From positions 1,081,351-1,145,350 of the forward strand of contig NC_068987.1 of the NCBI RefSeq assembly GCF_001194135.2: a DNA stretch of 64,000 bases. The letters are read 5' to 3'. A model generated the notes under the pieces. The model saw nothing but the letters and a program-made list of their open reading frames with translations. It did no database searches and was not told the origin of the DNA. This document shows, piece after piece, positions 38,933-51,015 of this stretch. This DNA is from Octopus bimaculoides. Lineage: Eukaryota. Position numbers and translations under genes: made by a program. Positions within the stretch are counted from its first letter, which is position 1; every line of letters starts with the position of its first letter.

Positions 38933-38949
38933 CATATATATTCTCTGCG

Positions 38950-39110
38950 GAAATGCTGGAGAACCGCCTTTAGTCACGCAAATTGGCCCCAGAACTTACT
39001 TTGTAAGCCTAGTACTTATTCTATCGCTCTCCTTTGCCGAACCGCTAATTCACGGGGAAGCATCGGTTGTCAACCGATGTTGAGGAGACAGACACAGAAA
39101 CACACACACA
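38950..39110 (-). mobile_element. CORE-type SINE family B, 3' half
   Basis: Reverse complement resembles the 3' body of the 23707-23985 copy (compare its CCCCATGACTTAGAGGTTCG segment); partly based on recall of the family consensus. Confidence 0.6.
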
Positions 39111-39122
39111 CACACATAAACG

Positions 39123-39158
<36 letters not shown>

Positions 39159-39188
39159 TATATATATATATATACCTATGCATGTATA

Positions 39189-39375
39189 GGCGCAGGAGTG
39201 GCTCCTTGGCACAGAAATGGCTGTGTGGTAAGTAGCTTGCTTACCAACTACATGGCTCCGGGTTCAGTCCCACTGCGTGGCACCTTGGGCATATGCTTTC
39301 TACTATAGCCTCGGGCCGACCACACCCTTGTGAGTGGATTTGGTAACCGGAAATAGAAAGAAGCCCGTCATATAT
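39189..39375 (+). mobile_element. CORE-type SINE family B, 5' half with duplicated head
   Basis: GGCGCAGGAGTGGCT, then a second GGCACAGAAATGGCT; B-box GGTTCAGTCCC; GGCACCTTGGGCA (cf. MIR-type CORE GTGACCTTGGGCAAGT). Confidence 0.85.
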
Positions 39376-40425
39376 ATGTATGCGTGTATGTGTGTGTGTG
39401 TGGGGGGTGTGAGTACATGTGTGTGTAGTATGTGATTGTGAATTAATGTAATCACAATCTAAGACACCCTTTTCCAAAGTTTTCAGATTTTCAAGACTTC
39501 AGATTTAACCGAAATGAGATTTGGTTTCTATTTCAAGCAAGCTGGCCGACTCTATAGCGACTGTCATCTGGTCAAGAGAGGGGACAATGAGTGCAACTAT
39601 GAACCCTTTCAGGACTTCCGTGGCCGGCGTAGTGGAGAGAGTGATGTTATCCTCACACTGGAGACTTGGCCAAACTACTGGCGTCCCAAAGATGGGTTGG
39701 GTTAAAATGGACACTCCTTAATGAAATTAAACGACTAAAATAAAATGAATAAATAAACAATGGTCAGTCACGTGTTTCCTCATAAACTGAGTTTTCTGGC
39801 TTGAATCGACAGTATTATAATATCCGAGATCCAACTGATTACACAGCAAGTCCAAAGCGCGAAACTTTATCCAACTACGTCTGAAACCAACGACGTATAA
39901 TTAATGTGGTAACTTGACCGTTCTAGATATAGCAGTCAAATTCTCTATCCAACCACACACTCAGTCTTAAGCAACAGAAGATTACGTTAGATATTGTAGT
40001 TCTAGATACATAATGACTGAATAAATTATTGTATGACAATATTTGGGCATATATTATTTGTGTGATATACATAAATGCATGTATTTATACACATACATGT
40101 GCGCGAGCGCATGTTTATGTGTTTATGTGAAATATATATATTTTTAATCAACAAAAGTTATGAAAGTGACTCAAGGGACAATATATATATACGTATATGC
40201 ATGAATGTATATATATGTAGATACAGATACTGGAAAATATGGTACATTCTGGAATGCTCAAGTAAGAATTAGTATTGAAAAATCACGTGATAATCAGTTA
40301 CATTCGAGAATCTACATGTGAAGCCACAACAATAAACAAAACAAAAATTATATTCATACACACACATATGTGCACTTATATGCGAGGAAATAGAGTACAC
40401 ACACACACACACACANNNNNNNNNN

Positions 40426-40463
<38 letters not shown>

Positions 40464-40686
40464 TATAATGTTTACGAACATATATTATATATAGGTTTCT
40501 TCTATATCTCGCTAATTAGTTAAAAAGCTATCTTTCAATCTATCCGCCAGTTTCCCATCGTCGTGCAATGAACCATTCATATATTCATGTTCATACATAC
40601 ATCTATATTTATATATTTATATCTCAAGTCAAACCCTATCTCCCCTGACTATGAGTATGTATCGATCTCAAAACTAATCCCCCACC

Positions 40687-40722
<36 letters not shown>

Positions 40723-42709
40723 CATTTACATATATCTCTATTTGTCACTTTTTCTCAACTCATATTTTCCTTCACTTCTCTCTCGTTATATGTTTAATGT
40801 GTACTCGTGCTCCAGTAAATATAAGTGCAAAATATTTTTTATCATTTAAAGCACGGTGCAATTAGTAACTGCAAACAGTAGGCTGTTGGGTAAGATGTCA
40901 ATTGTGAACTTTAATAAGCTTCAGATGCTAACAAGTTGAAATCAGGACGATAACATAGCAGAGTGGATAGGAACACAAAGAAGATAATCATCTTTACCCA
41001 GAAGGAAAATGTCTCTTTTAATTAAAATATCCACACATTTTCTTATCATCTCCATTATATCTACCGTTGGAGTTTATACAGCTATCATTGTTATTCACTG
41101 AGTGAAACTTGACGGAAATGTTCTATGAATATGCTATGTGAACAGTGACAAATTGGATATGTTCGCCATTTGTCAAAGATGTGCAAAGCGCCATGTTTGT
41201 ATCCAGTCAATACATTCATATTGATCAGTTGAATTGATTCCGTTTTCTCAATCGGATATCTCCGCACTGTTTACGTAAATNNNNNNNNNNNNNNNNNNNN
41301 NNNNNNNNNNNNNNNNNNNNNNNNNNNNNNNNNNNNNNNNNNNNNNNNNNNNNNNNNNNNNNNNNNNNNNNNNNNNNNNNNNNNNNNNNNNNNNNNNNNN
41401 NNNNNNNNNNNNNNNNNNNNNNNNNNNNNNNNNNNNNNNNNNNNNNNNNNNNNNNNNNNNNNNNNNNNNNNNNNNNNNNNNNNNNNNNNNNNNNNNNNNN
41501 NNNNNNNNNNNNNNNNNNNNNNNNNNNNNNNTATATATATATATATATATGCATCCATGCATACAACTATATACTTATATAGGTATATGCAATCATATGT
41601 ATTTTATGCATGTACTCCAGCATGGCCACACTCAGTTTGCCGGATTCATGTGAAGCTGACGATCGTCCTGATGCGACCGTTTATTTGTGAGCCTGTAATT
41701 CTTGTTATTGCTTTTGTTCAACCTTGATCCCACTGACTTCTGATCAAAGACATTCTAAGTGTGACCTCCACATAATTAACTTCGAGACTCTTTAGTCCAA
41801 TGTATTATATTATTTTGATATGAGGGAAATCAGGCTGCTACTTCTAGTAGACTAACTGATATGTTTATTCATTGTCTCAGAGCCGATGATTATAGTCTAT
41901 CGACGAGAGGATCTCCTTTAGTCACTTCGATGGCACCGCCTTGGAAACAAGGGTTCGAATACTTGGCCAAATTTTTAGAAAAACCAAAAGTCCGGAAGAA
42001 GATGCAAAATGCAAATGTTATTATTCCATAACGTGACAGTGACGATCGATATTTAATCGAAGCAAGGAGACTAACCTTCGATTGGTTTTCAAGGGTGGTA
42101 TCCCTTAAGAAAAGTGTAATCATTTTTGGGTAACGGTGCGAGGTTTGAACGCAGAATACACATAAAGAGGATAGGCCATCCGTGGCATCCCGTTTGACGC
42201 TCCAACAAATTTGGTCAGTCCGATATATACACAAATATGTATAACGAAAGAGCATATTAAGACTAAATATATATGTGGGGTATGTGTGGTATGTGTGTGT
42301 GCGTGTGAGTGTAAATGGTAGAATGAAGTCCAACAGGATATTGAAATGTTTACTTCAAACCGTTACATTTTATAACAACGAATGAACACAGAGTTCAGTA
42401 CACGTCATACAGCTTATACGTGTGTGGGCGCGTGTGCATGTGTGTGTGTGTGTGGGCGCGTGTGCATGTGTGTGTGTGTGTGGGCGCGTGTGCATGTGTG
42501 TGTGTGTAGGAGTCCTTAGAGCTTCTTGAATCGTTACTCTGAGTTTCCCTTTGCTATTTACTCGAAAAAGAGTTGACCAGTCTAAACGCACACACAGAGG
42601 CATGTCCTCACACGTGTTTATCGTCTAAACACACTGACAATACTACAATGAAAGAGTCATAAATACCCACCTACGCACAGACACAAACACATCTACAACG
42701 ACGAACACG

Positions 42710-42790
<81 letters not shown>

Positions 42791-42954
42791 GTAAACACAT
42801 CAACACACATAAACCTGTTCAATGTACAATATTATGATATTCAGAAGCTCTGAGACATTTTGTTTTAAATGGAGCCGAGAAGTAACACTTCCGGTACAAA
42901 CTTCCTTTGTTTGTAAAATTAGTTTCACAATACCAGCTGCCATAATTAATAGCG

Positions 42955-43055
42955 CTGGATGTCGTAGAATCGGATGATAAACGCAACATGTCTATGTACT
43001 TTATGTTGTGAGTTCAAGTTCTGCCAAGGTCGATTTTATCTTTCATCCTTAAAAA
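42955..43055 (+). mobile_element. SINE family A fragment
   Basis: GAGTTCAAGTTCTGCCAAGGTCGATTTTATCTTTCATCC matches the family A B-box and core. Confidence 0.5.
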
Positions 43056-43236
43056 TGCACTACTAATTAAATACCTTCTCTGTTGTATTTGGCTCTTAAT
43101 CTTTGTGAATATTTAATGACTCAGCAGGAGAGAGAAGAGTTCAAATCACCACTGAATGTTGGGACTCCAAAAACAAGAGAAGTGATGCAATCGTTGGAGT
43201 ATTCTGCCAGGGTATTAATAATATTTGCTTGTAAAG

Positions 43237-43440
43237 CGGTGAGCTGGCAGTATCGCTTGCACGTCGAGCCAAATGCTTGTCGGAATCTTTTCTGTCTCTA
43301 CGTTCAGTGTTCAAATTCTGCCGATGTTGACTGCTATTATAATTTCGGCGTCAATAAACCAATCGAGCACTAAGGTTCGATGTAATCGTCTTACCTCTTC
43401 CTCCGAAAATACCGGCCTTGTGTCAAAACTTGAAAGCAAT
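43237..43440 (+). mobile_element. SINE family A, diverged full-length copy
   Basis: GCGGTGAGCTGGCAG head, GTTCAAATTCTGCCGA B-box, tail GGCCTTGTGTC. Confidence 0.7.
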
Positions 43441-43908
43441 ATTCTATAGCTGTGACACATTATACGGTTGCCATCACAACAGGCACAGACACCATTAAAC
43501 TACGATCCATTCAAAGGCTTGACTCTAATATCTTCTGAAGAAAACTGCAAACAGTTCAATAACAACGACATATTCCGGAGAATGATTTTCGTATATGCGT
43601 TGGTTTGTTTGCATTCACACACACACACACATATTCACAAACAAGCATACGCAACCACAAACGCACGCGCGCACACACAAACTCACACAACCTGTCATAT
43701 GTGAATAGAGTAAAGACTCTTCATTGGAGGGTGGTCCATGTGACTACATCAATCAGCAATCATCGATCACCAATCATCAATCACCAATCATCGATCAACT
43801 TCAGAGATTGACATCAGAGATTGACTTCAGATAAACATTCTGGTTCAACGAAAAATCGATTCTGAAGTTTTATGAAATGATCTCCCTTTTTCGTTGAGAG
43901 ACTCTAAT

Positions 43909-44127
43909 TATCTTTTCTACTCTAAGCACAAGGCCCGAAATTTTGTGGGAGAAAGCCAGTCCCTTAGATCAACCCCAGTACTCAACTGGTACTTAATTTA
44001 TCGACCCCCGAAAGAATGAAAGGCAAAGTCGACTCGGCGGAATTTGAACTCAGAACGTAGAGACAGACGAAATACCGCTAAGCATTTCACCCGGCGTGCT
44101 AACGATTCTGCCAGCTCAACGCCTTAA
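43909..44127 (-). mobile_element. SINE family A, full length with perfect 13-bp target-site duplication
   Basis: GAGAGACTCTAAT at 43896-43908 and 44128-44140 flanks a complete head-core-tail copy. Confidence 0.9.
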
Positions 44128-44289
44128 GAGAGACTCTAATAATGCCATTAGTTTATACTTTTTTTGCTAAATTCTGCCTAAGAAACACATTTCAGTTCTG
44201 TAAAAATGTGTTGCATTCACCATTGAATACATGAACATCTCTTAACTCATCTGAATTTATGGCATTGTATCCGTTCAGTTATTTACCTT

Positions 44290-44790
44290 AATTTAAACTG
44301 ATGCAAATCTTTCCAATACTCGTTCTTTTCTTCTGAGATTAAAATGAATCTATTCCACACTAAATAGTTTATAACTGGGCTAGTCCCATGGCTCAAAGCA
44401 TATCCCCTGATCATCGACCGTGCGTCTTCTTTATCAGAGTTTAACTGGGGACAGACCTCTTCATCATCAGCAGTTTGAAGGGACAACGTGAGATACTTTA
44501 TGCAGAGCTCTACACTTGCTAGAAACAACAACCAACTTTCCCTGAAATGATGCACTACTGTCTCAAAAACTGGAAGGCACATTGTAGAACCTATGTGTTG
44601 GTTACAAATGGAATCTATTTACTAAAAACTTGCGCACATTCACGGTTAACTGGGGAAGGGGAAATAAACAACATCAGTGACACTACAAGTCTTGTCCTTA
44701 TGCACAAACCTTACACACATCAACACTCTTGGGGCCCCTGTTCTATCAACTCGTTTCATAGCAGCTCAATTAGCACCATTTCCCTGTGAA
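44290..44790 (-). mobile_element. Decayed L1/Tx1-like LINE ORF2 fragment
   Basis: RVDRTGAPRVLMC..SVTDVVYF (cf. GxxxxxxxPxISHLxFADDxxIF), then CIKYLTLSL (cf. IKYLG) and a post-RT-like stretch; frames broken by stops. Explains the 99-aa ORF 44283-44582. Confidence 0.4.
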
Positions 44791-45337
44791 ACTATTACAA
44801 ATCTGTATCAAATAAAACTCCAATGATTTTATCCGAAATATATCTGATTCAGATATACATATATATTAGATTAGGGCTGCAGATAATAAAGTTGGTAGAT
44901 CATCGCGTAAAGTGGCTGGCGGCGTTGTTTGGCTGAGTTTCCCATTGCTATTTATTCGAAAAACCTTGACCAGTCTAAACGCCCGCCCACACACACACAC
45001 GGCGCCAACGCGCGCGCGAACTGGTAGCGTTGTTTGGTGGAATTCTTTCTCATTCTATGTTCAAGTCCTGTCGAATCTCACATTCTCATTTATGATTAAT
45101 CGATAAAATAAGTAGCCGTCATATATTGGGGTCCAGGAATAATTGACAATTTCCCCGTCAAAGATTGTGGCCCGATGCCAGTTAGATAAATCGGAATAAA
45201 CATCATTGATTTCTAACAAATAAATCTAATAAAATATCGATTAGCAGTGTTAGTACCTTGGGCATATACATATACACGCAGGCACGTATATGCGAACACA
45301 CACATAAACACACGCGCGCACACATATATTTATATGA

Positions 45338-45401
<64 letters not shown>

Positions 45402-46189
45402 NNNNNNNNNNNNNNNNNNNNNNNNNNNNNNNNNNNNNNNNNNNNNNNNNNNNNNNNNNNNNNNNNNNNNNNNNNNNNNNNNNNNNNNNNNNNNNNNNNN
45501 NNNNNNNNNNNNNNNNNNNNNNNNNNNNNNNNNNNNNNNNNNNNNNNNNNNNNNNNNNNNNNNNNNNNNNNNNNNNNNNNNNNNNNNNNNNNNNNNNNNN
45601 NNNNNNNNNNNNNNNNNNNNNNNNNNNNNNNNNNNNNNNNNNNNNNNNNNNNNNNNNNNNNNNNNNNNNNNNNNNNNNNNNNNNNNNNNNNNNNNNNNNN
45701 NNNNNNNNNNNNNNNNNNNNNNNNNNATATATATATATATATATCTTCATATATAAATACACTCACACACATACACACACACGTTCGTGTGTGTGCGTGT
45801 GTGTGTGTGTGTGTGTGCGTTTGTGCCTGTGTGTGTTTACCTATCATCCTTAAGGAAATACACGATTTATTAGTAAGCCATTGTAATGTTGACTTGAAGC
45901 GTTCTGTCATCAGTTTAGCCATAAGACTTTGCTATTAGTCGAGATATATCTGAAGTGTGTGCAGTAATATTTAGTCATGGTGTAGTAGTAATAATAGAGA
46001 CAGTAGTAGTAGTAGTAGTAATGGTGGTGGTGGTGGTGGTAGTCGTCAGTTTGTTGGTCACCTGCTTAAGAAAGAATGCCTTACCCTCGTCACCGGAAAT
46101 TAAACTTCCTGTCCGATTTCACCAACTATAATATCCATTGGTCTGTCGCCAATATCTATGCCCGATGAGAGAAGTTTGTGATTTGTTAT

Positions 46190-46500
46190 GGCCGAATTAA
46201 GTCTTGCTCTTGTCAATATATTTTGGCGGTTATTTCACTTAACCTGTTCTGGAAATCCAAAGTTCTCACTCAGTCCATATCCCCGAATGCTAGTGCACGA
46301 AGGAAAAACAAACAGTTTAGCGAATGTTTTTATTTTCTGGCTCACCTTTCCTTAATGTACTACCAATAAAATTTATAGGCCGGAGGTGTAATTATGTGAA
46401 TAACAAAGAAAATTTCCGCTGAGAGTCGGCCATATTTGTTGGTGTTATATCTAGTCAAACAGAAAGCATACGTGAGTGGATTAACACGGCAATAATTAAG
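46190..46500 (+). mobile_element. Possible decayed Penelope-like reverse-transcriptase fragment
   Basis: SPFLNVLPIK (cf. LPFLDVxV) and AIFVGVISSQTESIRE (cf. GIIxSQxxR); weak, frameshifted. Confidence 0.25.
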
Positions 46501-46757
46501 TTTAGTTTGCTAGGAGCTTGCATTGCATGATATTAACTACAATTCGTCGTTTCTTGTTGGGTTTGTTAGAGAATACACATGTTTGGGGTTCGAGCTGTTC
46601 TCGAATATTTATTAGGAAAATATGATCGATTTTATGCATTTTAAATGGACAGGAAAATATTAATAGAAATGTATGCACACAAACACACACAATCACACAT
46701 CGACACAAACACGCACACGCATACAATGTGTACAGAAAGAATAATTTATTCAGCAAC

Positions 46758-46799
<42 letters not shown>

Positions 46800-47059
46800 N
46801 NNNNNNNNNTATATATATATATATATATATATACATATATAAAATCAACCTTTCTCTCTACCCCTCTCTCTCTCTACTCATAACCAGACACACGTACATA
46901 AATATACGCAAGTATATGTGTATGTGTATGTATATGTGTGCATGTATAGCTTATTGTGCACACATACACGCGCATGTAAAATATTTTAGACGTAAGAAAG
47001 TCATTAGAAGCTTTTAAACTTTATAGAATATATATACTCCAGCTTGGGCAGAATCTGCA

Positions 47060-47310
47060 TTTACTGGCTTTTACAGTATAGAACTCCAATTTCTCTAACA
47101 CTCACCAGAAGGTGCCATGTGATATTATGGACGAAATTTCGTCCTTCAAATACCACTTATAGTCTGCCAGCGGTGGATGCTATTTGAAAGAAGGCAAAGA
47201 GTAAAAGATCCTTGCTTAAATCCGAGTCCAGTTATTACGAAATAACATATTGTTCTCAACTGCTTGATTCAGCATGATTGACTTGAACTCCACCTAATAA
47301 AGGATCGACT
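47060..47310 (+). mobile_element. Decayed CR1/Jockey-group LINE 3' fragment
   Basis: CHVILW..TTYSLPAVDAI*KKAK..YYEITYCSQL resembles EYCSHVW..LLDRIQKKAIR..FYRYY..CSxEL. Confidence 0.35.
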
Positions 47311-47521
47311 TAATGTTGTATATCCCGCATGAAGTGCATTCTTTGTTCTCTCAGCATGAAAAATCCTGGATGACAAATATAGTGTGCATATTTATGGTTG
47401 TGTTACTGATCATAATTTACGTATACATATATGTATACATACATACATACATACATACATACATACGTACGTACATACATACATACATACATACATACAT
47501 ACATACATACANNNNNNNNNN

Positions 47522-47587
<66 letters not shown>

Positions 47588-47732
47588 TATATAAGAGTAT
47601 ATGTATACACACAAACATATACACATACGTTAAAATGTAAACATGTACATATTCATATATGCGTATGTAGATATATACATGTGTGTGTGTGTGTATATAT
47701 GTACGTACATATATATGTACGTACATATATGT

Positions 47733-47797
<65 letters not shown>

Positions 47798-49469
47798 NNN
47801 NNNNNNNNNNNNNNNNNNNNNNNNNNNNNNNNNNNNNNNNNNNNNNNNNNNNNNNNNNNNNNNNNNNNNNNNNNNNNNNNNNNNNNNNNNNNNNNNNNNN
47901 NNNNNNNNNNNNNNNNNNNNNNNNNNNNNNNNNNNNNNNNNNNNNNNNNNNNNNNNNNNNNNNNNNNNNNNNNNNNNNNNNNNNNNNNNNNNNNNNNNNN
48001 NNNNNNNNNNNNNNNNNNNNNNNNNNNNNNNNNNNNNNNNNNNNNNNNNNNNNNNNNNNNNNNNNNNNNNNNNNNNNNNNNNNNNNNNNNNNNNNNNNNN
48101 NNNNNNNNNNNNNNNNNNNNNNNNNNNNNNNNNNNNNNNNNNNNNNNNNNNNNNNNNNNNNNNNNNNNNNNNNNNNNNNNNNNNNNNNNNNNNNNNNNNN
48201 NNNNNNNNNNNNNNNNNNNNNNNNNNNNNNNNNNNNNNNNNNNNNNNNNNNNNNNNNNNNNNNNNNNNNNNNNNNNNNNNNNNNNNNNNNNNNNNNNNNN
48301 NNNNNNNNNNNNNNNNNNNNNNNNNNNNNNNNNNNNNNNNNNNNNNNNNNNNNNNNNNNNNNNNNNNNNNNNNNNNNNNNNNNNNNNNNNNNNNNNNNNN
48401 NNNNNNNNNNNNNNNNNNNNNNNNNNNNNNNNNNNNNNNNNNNNNNNNNNNNNNNNNNNNNNNNNNNNNNNNNNNNNNNNNNNNNNNNNNNNNNNNNNNN
48501 NNNNNNNNNNNNNNNNNNNNNNNNNNNNNNNNNNNNNNNNNNNNNNNNNNNNNNNNNNNNNNNNNNNNNNNNNNNNNNNNNNNNNNNNNNNNNNNNNNNN
48601 NNNNNNNNNNNNNNNNNNNNNNNNNNNNNNNNNNNNNNNNNNNNNNNNNNNNNNNNNNNNNNNNNNNNNNNTATATATATATATATATATATATAAATAT
48701 TTATATTTATGTTTGAGTATAAATATATTTCACACACGCATATATATGTATACATGTGTATACACATGCATAAACACGCACATACACATATATATACATA
48801 TATATATATATATATACATATACATGTATACATATGCATCTATGTATGTGTGCGTGCGTTACTGTGTATGTATATACACTTAAATATATGCATATAGGCA
48901 TGTATACATATATATATAACCAGAATACCGATCTCTCTCTCTCTTTCTCTCTGTCTCATTCTATCTGTGTATGTATAAGGTAAATGTCTGTAAAAATTTA
49001 TATTTACGCGCTAATTATCACATCTATATATGCTATTAATTGATATTTCTTCAATTTCTATGTGATATCTACCATTATAGTCACAAAATTAATATGAACA
49101 TATTAATAATCATATATTCCTCTACTTTATATCATTACAATACAGTTATGATATCTTCTATTGTCTCCGTAAAATTAATATCAATACACTAATTAATATA
49201 TTCCAACAGCTGATAGCGCTCTGCTGCACGTGTCATATCCACTACAGTATATAAAGAATTTGATATGAACATATTAATTATAACATAGCTGGTAATTCTG
49301 CTATATATTTCTATATGATATCCTCTGCCATGTACGCGCAACCAATGTCAGCTCATCATATAGTCCAGTTGCTGTCTTTACTACAATACATTTCTAGGTG
49401 ATATCAACCGCCATATTTATTTATTCATAATTGATAATAATTGCAACATATTTTACTGCCGTTAGTATT

Positions 49470-49592
49470 ATAACGCTGAAATTCCAGCCAATGTGTGAGC
49501 TTCAATATGTTCGCTCATCGTGCTAAAAGGAGCAAACTAAATCCGGGGACAATGAAGGAGACGATCGATGGTGTATTCCTAAATAAATAATG
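49470..49592 (+). mobile_element. Possible hAT transposase C-terminal dimerisation-domain remnant
   Basis: Frameshifted IPA..CE..FNMFAHRAKRSKLNPGTMKETIDGVFLNK resembles IPAxSxxxERxFS..KRxRLxPxT..LxFL. Confidence 0.3.
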
Positions 49593-49826
49593 TCTGAAAC
49601 TTAAAGGAGCACGGACAGAACTAAATGATTACACGTACGCTAGGTCCTGTCTTGGATGCGGTAAGTAATAAGAACTGCAACAATAATTTACTGCTGGGTT
49701 GCATGATACACTGTGTCCGAACACAGCACAGGATGGTCATGAGAGGAACAGTTTGGATAATATTGTTATTGACTGTCTCAATAAATCATACAAGTAGGAA
49801 CGATGAAGGTGGCCAGCTTTCATAAT

Positions 49827-50043
49827 CTTTACTATAGGCATAATGTCTGAGATTTTGGAGGTAGTGGGGCTAAGTCGATCTTTTCGACCGCCGTGCTTAA
49901 CTGGTAATTATGTCATTGACCCCGAAAGAAATTTAATTCAAATTCAACCTCGGCGGAGTTTGAGCTCATAACGTATAAACGGACGAAATGCCGCTAAACA
50001 TTGTTCCGGTCTGTTAACGATTTTGCCAGTTCCTCGATTTACA
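49827..50043 (-). mobile_element. SINE family A with 17-bp imperfect target-site duplication
   Basis: Flanked by TGGCCAGCTTTCATAAT (49810-49826) and TGGCCAGCTTTTATGAT (50044-50060). Confidence 0.8.
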
Positions 50044-50136
50044 TGGCCAGCTTTTATGATATAATCAATAAAACATTATGTTTAGTTGGATGGTCATTGT
50101 TGGAATATCGTTCATAATATATATGTGTATAATACA

Positions 50137-50290
50137 GGCGCAGAAATGGTTTTGCAAAAAAGCACTCGGGTTTTGGGTTCAGCTGCACTCAGTGGTACAT
50201 TGGGCAAGTAGCTTTTACAATAGCAGCGAACTGATCAATGCCTTGTGAATGAATTTGATAGCGAGAAACTGTGTAGAATCTCGTCGTATA
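50137..50290 (+). mobile_element. CORE-type SINE family B, 5' half, diverged
   Basis: GGCGCAGAAATGG head, GGGTTCAG, TTGGGCAAGT core, GCCTTGTGAATGAATTTG. Confidence 0.65.
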
Positions 50291-50377
50291 TACATACGTA
50301 TATACATATGTAAATACATAAAAAACATACATATATATATACATATATATACACATATATATGCGTGTGTGTGTATG

Positions 50378-50411
<34 letters not shown>

Positions 50412-50471
50412 TATAAATATATACATTATATATGTATATATATGTGTGTGCGTGTATACATACACACACAC

Positions 50472-50528
<57 letters not shown>

Positions 50529-50878
50529 TATGTAGGGGTGAGCGTGTCCATTTCCTTTGTTTTCCTTGTTTTCCGATGCTCCTTTGGTTGTCCTACTGCG
50601 CAACATGTTACTGCATATATGTATATAAATATATATNNNNNNNNNNNNNNNNNNNNNNNNNNNNNNNNNNNNNNNNNNNNNNNNNNNNNNNNNNNNNNNN
50701 NNNNNNNNNNNNNNNNNNNNNNNNNNNNNNNNNNNNNNNNNNNNNNNNNNNNNNNNNNNNNNNNNNNNNNNNNNNNNNNNNNNNNNNNNNNNNNNNNNNN
50801 NNNNNNNNNNNNNNNNNNNNNNNNNNNNNNNNNNNNNNNNNNNNNNNNNNNNNNNNNNNNNNNNNNNNNNNNNNNNNN

Positions 50879-50909
<31 letters not shown>

Positions 50910-50979
50910 ATATATATATCTGCCAACTAAGTGTGGCGTCCTACACAGCACAGTGCTATTGTTGTTTATAGCCCTCCCA

Positions 50980-51015
<36 letters not shown>

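Noticed and set aside
41890-42333. 147-aa minus-strand ORF
   Set aside because: Begins in a microsatellite and has no recognisable domain; the plus strand shows only faint LINE-like words.
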